Of a stretch of 43,889 bases of DNA, positions 37,138 through 43,889 are shown one piece after another. A model generated the notes under the pieces. It ran no database searches. It had not been told where the DNA came from and worked only from the letters and a program-made list of their open reading frames with translations. The DNA is from Polyangiales bacterium (GTDB taxonomy: Bacteria > Myxococcota_A > Polyangia > Polyangiales > Polyangiaceae). Within the stretch, counting starts at the first letter, position 1. Each line of letters starts with the position of its first letter. Both the position numbers and the translations under genes were made by a program. The stretch spans positions 1 to 43,889 of the forward strand of contig JBBRNJ010000076.1 of NCBI GenBank assembly GCA_038230375.1. Reading direction: 5' to 3'.

Positions 37138-38188
37138 GCTGTCTCCTCTGCATCAGTGTTCTCACGAAGTCATCAAACAGGTAGGCCGTGTCACGCGGGC
37201 CTGCTGCACCTTCCGGATGGAACTGCACGGAGCGGAATGGCTTGGTTCGATGGCGGATGCCTTCGTTGGTTCGGTCGTTGAGGTTGCGGAACCAGGGCTC
37301 GAAATCCGCGGGCAGCGACGTGTCGTCTACGGCGTATCCGTGGTTCTGGCTTGTCACGTACGCCCGAAGCGTCTCCAGGTCCTGAACGGGCTGGTTCTGG
37401 GAGCGGTGCCCATAGGGCAGCTTGTACGTTCTTGCACCCGCGGCCAGGGCAAGGAGCTGGTGCCCCAGGCACACGCCAAGGACGGGGATGCCACGTGCCA
37501 GGACACTCTCCCGGATGCGTGCGCAGAGCGGCAGCAGCGCCGCTGGGTCTCCGGGGCCATTGCCAAGGAGCACGCCATCTACTTCCTCCAGAAGTGGCTC
37601 CCACGCATGCATGAACGGCGTGCGCACGACCGCGACGCCACGGCTGGTAAACGACCGAATCAGAGCCTCTTTGATGCCCGCGTCAATGCATAACACGCGC
37701 GCCGCGCTGCCTGGATAGCGCACGACTTCGTTCGGGGTCGTGAGCTCGCACACGCGCGCCAGGTCGATCTCCTGGGTGTCCGATGACGCGGTGTCACCGA
37801 CGTGCAACGTACCGCGCAAGGTGCCGTGCTCACGCAGATGACGCGTCAGCGTGCGCGTATCCACGCCGAACATGGCGGGGACACCTTCTTGCTCGAGCCA
37901 CCGCCCCAACGTGCGTACGAGCGCATGGTGGCTGGGTCGCGCCGTGTACTGCTGCACCACGAGCCCTTGCACCTGGATGCGCGAGGATTCGAACGGCCCC
38001 ACCGGCACACCGTAGTTGCCCTGCAGCGGGTAGGTGAGGACCAGAATCTGTCCGCGATACGACGGGTCCGTGAGCGTCTCGACGTAGCCCGTGAGCCCGG
38101 TGTTGAACACGACCTCGCCTGCTACGTCTCGCGCTGCGCCGAAGGACGTCCCATCGTACGTGTTTCCATCGTGGAGGGAGAGGCGCAT
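37106..38188 (-). CDS. carA: Carbamoyl-phosphate synthase small subunit
   Basis: GEVVFNTG, LTDPSY, GNGPGDP, catalytic GVCLGHQ, SQNHGY, VQFHPE; ATG 38188. Confidence 0.96.
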   Translation of the reverse strand: MRLSLHDGNTYDGTSFGAARDVAGEVVFNTGLTGYVETLTDPSYRGQILVLTYPLQGNYGVPVGPFESSRIQVQGLVVQQYTARPSHHALVRTLGRWLEQEGVPAMFGVDTRTLTRHLREHGTLRGTLHVGDTASSDTQEIDLARVCELTTPNEVVRYPGSAARVLCIDAGIKEALIRSFTSRGVAVVRTPFMHAWEPLLEEVDGVLLGNGPGDPAALLPLCARIRESVLARGIPVLGVCLGHQLLALAAGARTYKLPYGHRSQNQPVQDLETLRAYVTSQNHGYAVDDTSLPADFEPWFRNLNDRTNEGIRHRTKPFRSVQFHPEGAAGPRDTAYLFDDFVRTLMQRRQREGERRTSAT

Positions 38189-38401
38189 TTGAAGGCGGCG
38201 GGACCGTAGCGCGAACGCGCGTGAAATGGAAACCCAGTTCGGGCCAGCGATCAGCTTCGGGCGAGCGATCAGCCATCTCCCGCCGTCTCCCACAATAGCC
38301 GCTCGTCCATCCAGCGGCGAGGAGCCCACAGATGAATGCGAACGGCTGCAGGAGCAACGGACAATTCTTGACTCGCCTGCATCGCAGACTAATAGAACGC
38401 C

Positions 38402-40267
38402 GTGGCTAAGCGCACCTCAATCCTCGGAATTTCTGCTTTCTATCACGACAGCGCCGCGGCGCTCGTGGTCGACGGCGAGATCATTGCCGCTGCGCAAGAG
38501 GAGAGGTTCACGCGCGTCCGTCACGACGCGGCGTTCCCCAAGCTCGCGGTTGAGTACTGCCTCGAAGAGGCGAAGCTCCGCATGGAGGACGTGAGCTATG
38601 TCTGCTTCTACGACAAGCCGCTCCGCAAGTTCGACCGCATCCTCGAGACTTACTTGGCGTTCGCGCCCAAGGGTTTCCAATCGTTTCGCGCGGCCGTGCC
38701 GGTCTGGGTGAAGGAGAAGATTTTTCTGGCCCGTGCGCTCCGCAAGGGACTCGGCGGTCGCTACAAGAAAAACTTCGTCTACACGGCCCACCACCAGTCC
38801 CACGCCGCCTCTGCGTTCTTTCCGTCACCGTTCGAGCGGGCCGCCATCTTCACCAGTGACGGCGTCGGTGAGTGGGCAACCACGACGTGGGGTTTCGGCG
38901 ACGGCAACAAGATCACGCTGCAGAAGGGCATCTCGTTCCCACACAGCCTTGGGCTGCTCTACTCGGCTTTCACCTACTTCACCGGCTTCAAGGTGAACTC
39001 GGGTGAGTACAAGCTGATGGGCCTGGCGCCGTACGGTGAGCCTCGCTTCGCAGACACGATCCGCGAGAAGCTGATGGACATCCGTCCCGACGGGTCGTTC
39101 CGGATGAACATGGACTACTTCTCTTATCCGACCGGCCTGACGATGACGGGCATCGGGTTCGAAAAGCTGTTTGGAGGGCCTGCGCGAAAGACCGAGTCCG
39201 ACATCACGCAGCGCGAGATGGACCTCGCCGCCTCCATCCAGGCGGTCACTGAGGACATCGTCTTGAGGGCGTGCCGCCACATCGCCAAGGAGACCAAGAC
39301 CAAATATCTGGTGCTGGCTGGCGGCGTCGCACTCAACTGCGTGGCGAACGGTCGCATCCTGCGAGAAGGCCCCTTCGACGACGTCTGGGTGCAGCCTGCC
39401 GCGGGCGACGCCGGGGGCGCGCTCGGTTCGGCGCTCTTCACATGGCACCAGCTGCTCGGCAACCCGCGCAAGGTCGTCCCAGGCAAGGACAGCCAGAAGG
39501 GCTCGCTGCTCGGGCCGCAGTTCGGCCCGGAGGCGATTCAGGCGGCGATTGATTCAATCGGCGCGGTCGCCACGAGGCACACCGACGAGGCGGCGCTGCT
39601 CGTGCGGATCGCGGAGCTCCTGGAGCAGGGCAAGGTCATCGGCTGGTACAACGGCCGGATGGAGTTTGGCCCGCGCGCCCTTGGCAGCCGCAGCATCATC
39701 GGGGACGCGCGCAACGTGAAGATGCAGTCCAAGATGAACGTGAAGATCAAGTACCGGGAGTCGTTTCGGCCATTCGCGCCGTGTGTATTGAGGGAGCGAG
39801 CGAGCGAGATCTTCGACATATCGGAGAAGCACGAGAGCCCCTACATGCTCATGGTGGCGCAGGTACGCGAGAAGTTCCGGAAGCAGCTCTCCGACGAGGA
39901 GAAGAAGGCCATGAAGGACCCGGACCTCCGCAAACGGGTCAACGTCGCGCGCTCCGACTTCCCTGCCATCACCCACGTTGACTATTCGGCCCGTTTGCAG
40001 ACGGTCGACAGCGAACGCCACGGACGCTTCTACCGCATGATGAAGGCGTTCGAGAAGCTCACTGGCAGCCCGATCGTGGTGAACACCAGCTTCAACGTCC
40101 GGGGGGAGCCGATCGTGAATCGCCCGTCAGAGGCGCTGAACTGCTTCCTCAACACCGAGATGGACGCGCTGGTTCTGAACGACTATCTCCTTCTCAAGGA
40201 AGACCAGCCGGCAAAGATTCTCCCCAAGGATCGAGAAGCCTACCTCACGCAGTTTCAGCTCGATTGA
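38402..40267 (+). CDS. NodU/CmcH/SxtI-family O-carbamoyltransferase
   Basis: GISAFYHDSAA, QEERFTR, HHQSHAASAF, DGVGE, GEYKLMGLAPYG, AGGVALNC, EFGPRALGSRS, RESFRPFAP, NTSFN. Confidence 0.95.
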   Translation: MAKRTSILGISAFYHDSAAALVVDGEIIAAAQEERFTRVRHDAAFPKLAVEYCLEEAKLRMEDVSYVCFYDKPLRKFDRILETYLAFAPKGFQSFRAAVPVWVKEKIFLARALRKGLGGRYKKNFVYTAHHQSHAASAFFPSPFERAAIFTSDGVGEWATTTWGFGDGNKITLQKGISFPHSLGLLYSAFTYFTGFKVNSGEYKLMGLAPYGEPRFADTIREKLMDIRPDGSFRMNMDYFSYPTGLTMTGIGFEKLFGGPARKTESDITQREMDLAASIQAVTEDIVLRACRHIAKETKTKYLVLAGGVALNCVANGRILREGPFDDVWVQPAAGDAGGALGSALFTWHQLLGNPRKVVPGKDSQKGSLLGPQFGPEAIQAAIDSIGAVATRHTDEAALLVRIAELLEQGKVIGWYNGRMEFGPRALGSRSIIGDARNVKMQSKMNVKIKYRESFRPFAPCVLRERASEIFDISEKHESPYMLMVAQVREKFRKQLSDEEKKAMKDPDLRKRVNVARSDFPAITHVDYSARLQTVDSERHGRFYRMMKAFEKLTGSPIVVNTSFNVRGEPIVNRPSEALNCFLNTEMDALVLNDYLLLKEDQPAKILPKDREAYLTQFQLD

Positions 40268-40274
40268 ACCCCAC

Positions 40275-40697
40275 ATGTCCCTAAAGGCCTATCGCGAGAT
40301 CAACAAGCAGCCCGAGGCGTCCGACCGCCTGAAGCTGGCGCTTGTCTTCATCGTGGGCTTTGGGGGCATCGGCACGTATCAGGCGTACGTGAAGCACCAC
40401 GAGCTCGCATCCCATGTCCTGTGGGCCTTGGCGGTGGCTCTGCCGCTCCTCTGCCTGATTCCGCCGCTCGGGCGCCTGCTCTATATCGGGTGGATGGGGC
40501 TCGGCGTGACGATGGGCATGTTGACGCAGCCAGTATTCCTCTTCGTCACCTATGTTGTCTTCTTCATTCCCCTTGGACTTGTCTTCCGCTTGCTGTCACG
40601 GGACACGATGAAGCGTAAGTTGGTCCCTCGCGATGACTCCTATTGGGAGGACTACGTCGAGAGCGACGACAAGAGCAGCTACTTCAAGCAATACTGA
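40275..40697 (+). CDS. SxtJ-like membrane protein
   Basis: 140 aa, 3-4 TM, WMGLG...FFIPLGLVFRLLSRD..DSYW; directly follows the carbamoyltransferase as in sxtIJK. Confidence 0.75.
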   Translation: MSLKAYREINKQPEASDRLKLALVFIVGFGGIGTYQAYVKHHELASHVLWALAVALPLLCLIPPLGRLLYIGWMGLGVTMGMLTQPVFLFVTYVVFFIPLGLVFRLLSRDTMKRKLVPRDDSYWEDYVESDDKSSYFKQY

Positions 40698-40721
40698 GTC
40701 ACACGTAGCGGGGTATGCATC

Positions 40722-40934
40722 ATGACGGAATCTAAGGTCACCGAAGAAGAGGACCACGATGCCCTGGAGGCAATGGCCGAGGAGAAGACCTCGTTCCTCG
40801 GTGGGTTCTGGGGCTACTTTGCTTCCAGCAAGAAGTGGTGGCTCTTGCCCATGCTGATCGTCCTCTTGCTCCTTGGCGGCCTGTTCCTGCTCTCCAGCAC
40901 GGTGGCAGCCCCGTTCATCTACACGCTCTTCTGA
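40722..40934 (+). CDS. SxtK/DUF5989-like small membrane protein
   Basis: 70 aa; KKWWLLP, one TM helix, C-terminus AAPFIYTLF. Confidence 0.82.
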   Translation: MTESKVTEEEDHDALEAMAEEKTSFLGGFWGYFASSKKWWLLPMLIVLLLLGGLFLLSSTVAAPFIYTLF

Positions 40935-40959
40935 GCGCGTTGGCCGTCGACCCACACTC

Positions 40960-42858
40960 GTGAAGGAGATCTTCAAGAGAGCATTTGGCCTCGTCTTCCG
41001 CACGAAGCGGGACTGGCGGCTCGGCGCGGGCTTGCTCCTTCTCATGACGCTCGGAGGGATGATGGAGGCGGTGGGGATCGGCCTCGTCATGCCGTTCGTC
41101 TCGCTACTCGGGCGGCCGCACCTGGTCGATGAGAACGCCACATTGCGCTGGGTGCGCGACGCCGCGGGTGTCAGGACCCATTTCGGAATGATCACGCTCG
41201 CGGGGCTGGTGCTCGTGGCCACCTTCCTCGTCAAGAACGTGTATCTAGCGTTCGTCGACTACGCGCAAAACCGGTTCATCTATAGCCGCCAAATCCGCAC
41301 GTCGAACCTGCTCATGGAGCGGTACATGCGACGGCCGTACTGGTTCCACCTGCGGCACAACTCGTCTGAGCTCATTCACAACGTCCACACCGAGGTCTCT
41401 CAGGTCTATACGCATGTGATATGCACCATGTTCGTGATCGCGGTAGAGGTGCTCAGCGTCAGCGTCATCCTACTCTTGCTCATCACGCTGGAGCCGCTCA
41501 TCGTGCCGGGCATCGGGCTGCTCGTGGGGGGAGTGGGTGTGGTCTTCTACAAAGCGATTCACCGCCGGGCGGCGCTCATCGGCGAAGAGCAGCGTGAGGT
41601 GCAAGCCGACATGCTGCGTTGGCTCCAGCAAGGGCTCGGCGGCATCAAGGAGGCGCGAGTCCTCGGCGCCGAGGACTTCTTCGTGCAGGCGTTCAGCGCA
41701 CGCGGACAGCGATTTGGGAAGCTGCTGGCGATGCACCGTCAGCTCTCCATGCTTCCCAAGAATATTCTCGAGACCTGCGGCGTCGCTGCGCTGGTCGCCG
41801 TGACGCTGCTTGCGCTCTCGCGGTCCGGCGACCCTCAGCGGGTGTTGCCCATGCTCGGTGCGCTGGCCGTCGCGTCCATCCGCATACTTCCCTCGGCCTC
41901 GCGCATCCTGAGCGGCGTGTCGCTGATGCGCTACTGCAAGCCGTCTCTCGACGGGCTCTGGGCGGCCATGGAGCCGATGCCTGGCGATGGCAAGATCGGA
42001 CGCCGCCGCGCTGAAGTGGCGCCCCTCCGCTTGATGGAGAAGATAGAAATCGCGGACGTAGCGGTCCGCTATCCTGGCGCTGCGTCGTCGTCGCTCACGG
42101 GCGTGACACTGGAAATCAGGCGGGGCGAGTCCATCGCGCTGGTGGGGGCATCGGGAGCTGGAAAGACGACGCTCGCGGACACGCTCATCGGCCTGCTCGA
42201 GCCCGAGTCGGGGGAGATCCGCGTGGACGGCAAGGCACTTGTCGCTGGAACCATGGAGGCCTGGCAACGGTCCATCGGCTACATCCCACAGACCGTCTTT
42301 CTCTCGGACGACACGTTCCGCCGCAACATCGCCTTCGGTCTCGAGGACAAGGAAATTGACGAGGCACGGGTGATCGCGGCGGCCAAGACGGCACGCCTAT
42401 CAGAGCACCTCATGTCGCTGCCGGACGGTCTCGACACGATGGTCGGTGAGCGTGGCGTGCGCCTGTCGGGTGGACAACGCCAGCGCATCGGGATCGCAAG
42501 GGCGCTGTACTGCGATCCGCACGTCCTGGTGCTTGACGAGGCCACCTCCTCCCTCGATGGTGCGACGGAGCGCGAGATCGTCGAGGCGATCGAGAGCCTC
42601 CGCAACGAGCGGACCATCATCATCATCGCGCACCGGTTGAGCACGGTGCGGGCGTGCGACCGCCTGGTCTACATGGCCAAGGGCAAGATCGTGGACGTAG
42701 GCACGTGGGAGCAGCTCCTCGCGCGCAATGCGGACTTCCGCCGCATGGTGGAGCTCGCGCGCACAGACCAGAGCGGAGTGGACCGAAGTGATAGCGAAGC
42801 AACGACTGACAGCGTGCAACGACGCAACGTCACTCACGAGAAAGAAGCCATGAAATGA
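40960..42858 (+). CDS. ABC exporter (fused permease-ATPase), glycan-export type
   Basis: Multi-TM N-terminal domain; GASGAGKT, LSGGQ, LVLDE, IAHR; likely GTG 40960. Confidence 0.92.
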   Translation: MKEIFKRAFGLVFRTKRDWRLGAGLLLLMTLGGMMEAVGIGLVMPFVSLLGRPHLVDENATLRWVRDAAGVRTHFGMITLAGLVLVATFLVKNVYLAFVDYAQNRFIYSRQIRTSNLLMERYMRRPYWFHLRHNSSELIHNVHTEVSQVYTHVICTMFVIAVEVLSVSVILLLLITLEPLIVPGIGLLVGGVGVVFYKAIHRRAALIGEEQREVQADMLRWLQQGLGGIKEARVLGAEDFFVQAFSARGQRFGKLLAMHRQLSMLPKNILETCGVAALVAVTLLALSRSGDPQRVLPMLGALAVASIRILPSASRILSGVSLMRYCKPSLDGLWAAMEPMPGDGKIGRRRAEVAPLRLMEKIEIADVAVRYPGAASSSLTGVTLEIRRGESIALVGASGAGKTTLADTLIGLLEPESGEIRVDGKALVAGTMEAWQRSIGYIPQTVFLSDDTFRRNIAFGLEDKEIDEARVIAAAKTARLSEHLMSLPDGLDTMVGERGVRLSGGQRQRIGIARALYCDPHVLVLDEATSSLDGATEREIVEAIESLRNERTIIIIAHRLSTVRACDRLVYMAKGKIVDVGTWEQLLARNADFRRMVELARTDQSGVDRSDSEATTDSVQRRNVTHEKEAMK

Positions 42859-43721
42859 GCAAGCCCGTTTCTTCCCACTACGATGCAACTGCCGCTGAAT
42901 ATCACGAGCAATATCAGCGCGAGAATCTGACGGCCTCGGAGGATTATCCAGCGAACTACTTCCGTCTCCAGATTTTGGTCAACAGCCTTATCAAGCACGG
43001 CGGCAAGCGCGTCCTCGAGGTCGGTGTCGGTGAGGGAACGCCGCTGGTGACCGTCGTAAAAGCGGGCTTGGACGACGCGTGGGGCTTCGACATCTCCAAA
43101 CCAATGGTCGAGAAGGCCAAGGCCAACTTCGCCGCTCATGGGCTTGACCCCGCCAAGATCTTCTGGGGCGACGTGCAAGACTCGGTCACCTACTCCCACG
43201 CGGTGAAGGGCGGTGCCTTCGACTCAGTAGTTGCGATGGGCGTCATGCCGCACGTGCAGAACGACGACCTGGTGATCGGGAACATTGCCGCCATCCTCAA
43301 GCCGGGCGGCCAGGCGTTCATCGAGTTCCGCAACAAGATCTTCTCGCTCTTCACCTTCAATCGACTCACGCTGGAGTTCATCCGAGACGACCTTCTCGCA
43401 GGCGTCGCGGCCGACGTGAAGGACGCGGTCGTCGCGCAGATATCCCCGCGGCTCGCGCTGGACATGCCTCCGGTGCGCCCCTACGACGCCATCCTCGCGA
43501 AGTTCCACAACCCGTTCGAGATGGAGACGTTGTTCACGCGAAACGGCTTCGAAAACGTCAAATTCCACTGGTATCACTACCACCCCGCCCTTCCGATGAT
43601 GGAGAAGCCGCTCGGCCAGCGCTTCCGGGAGGAGGGCTTCAAGCTGGAACACGACGCTTCCGGTTGGCGCGGCATGTTCCTGTGCTCCGCCTACTGCGTC
43701 GAGGCAACGCGAAAGCCCTGA
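42855..43721 (+). CDS. Class I SAM-dependent methyltransferase
   Basis: VLEVGVGEG, GFDIS, LKPGG; ATGA overlap with the ABC gene. Confidence 0.88.
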   Translation: MSKPVSSHYDATAAEYHEQYQRENLTASEDYPANYFRLQILVNSLIKHGGKRVLEVGVGEGTPLVTVVKAGLDDAWGFDISKPMVEKAKANFAAHGLDPAKIFWGDVQDSVTYSHAVKGGAFDSVVAMGVMPHVQNDDLVIGNIAAILKPGGQAFIEFRNKIFSLFTFNRLTLEFIRDDLLAGVAADVKDAVVAQISPRLALDMPPVRPYDAILAKFHNPFEMETLFTRNGFENVKFHWYHYHPALPMMEKPLGQRFREEGFKLEHDASGWRGMFLCSAYCVEATRKP

Positions 43722-43889
43722 CTCCCGGAAGAACCCATACGCCGTTAGTTCTACTGCGGGAAGTTGCGTCCCAGTTCTCAGTTCCGTTCGGGCTTGCGCG
43801 CGGCAGCGTGAAAAACGCGGCGGGGCCGCTGTCAGGGCCCCTGAAGCGAACGAGCGACGCTTGGCGTCTGTTGCTCGCTGCCGCCAGTG

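Noticed and set aside
38402..40934. Saxitoxin biosynthesis (sxtI/J/K-like triad)
   Set aside because: No sxtA, sxtG or other core genes in the window; the neighbours point to surface glycan modification.
43797..43810. ops/JUMPstart-like GCGGCAGCGTG near the glycan locus
   Set aside because: Differs from GGCGGTAGnnTG at the key T and the first G; such a match is expected by chance in high-GC DNA and the downstream gene is not visible.

Overview
High-GC bacterial chromosomal segment, most consistent with a myxobacterium (Myxococcota, Polyangiales-like). This is inferred from gene content: many lipoproteins, a Hanks-type kinase, a long N-extended HflX, HrpB and a J-domain protein. Left part (1-24 kb): hutU (partial), hflX, two paralogous cytochrome c / copper type II monooxygenase lipoproteins flanking an intergenic array of three conserved long hairpins, efp, a TPR protein, a class A beta-lactamase-like serine hydrolase, a J-domain protein, a four-gene radical SAM/SPASM operon with a small candidate substrate protein, murB, hrpB and a Ser/Thr kinase. 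Right part (24-44 kb): a surface-glycan biosynthesis/modification locus with an asnB-type amidotransferase, an esterase, two methyltransferases, a PhyH-type dioxygenase, a GNAT, a surface carbohydrate protein, two SGNH proteins, carAB, a NodU/CmcH carbamoyltransferase followed by SxtJ-like and SxtK/DUF5989-like membrane proteins, and an ABC exporter. Best candidates for new biology: (1) a possible trans-membrane carbamoyl relay whose small protein ends in FIYTLF, resembling the DltX/AlgI tyrosine acyl-shuttle motif; (2) the structured-RNA array at 5679-6075; (3) the radical SAM/SPASM system with a membrane-anchored candidate substrate; (4) an apparent ATA start codon for hflX. No CRISPR, rRNA, tRNA or transposase was recognised. 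All family assignments are from motif recognition by eye, not database searches.
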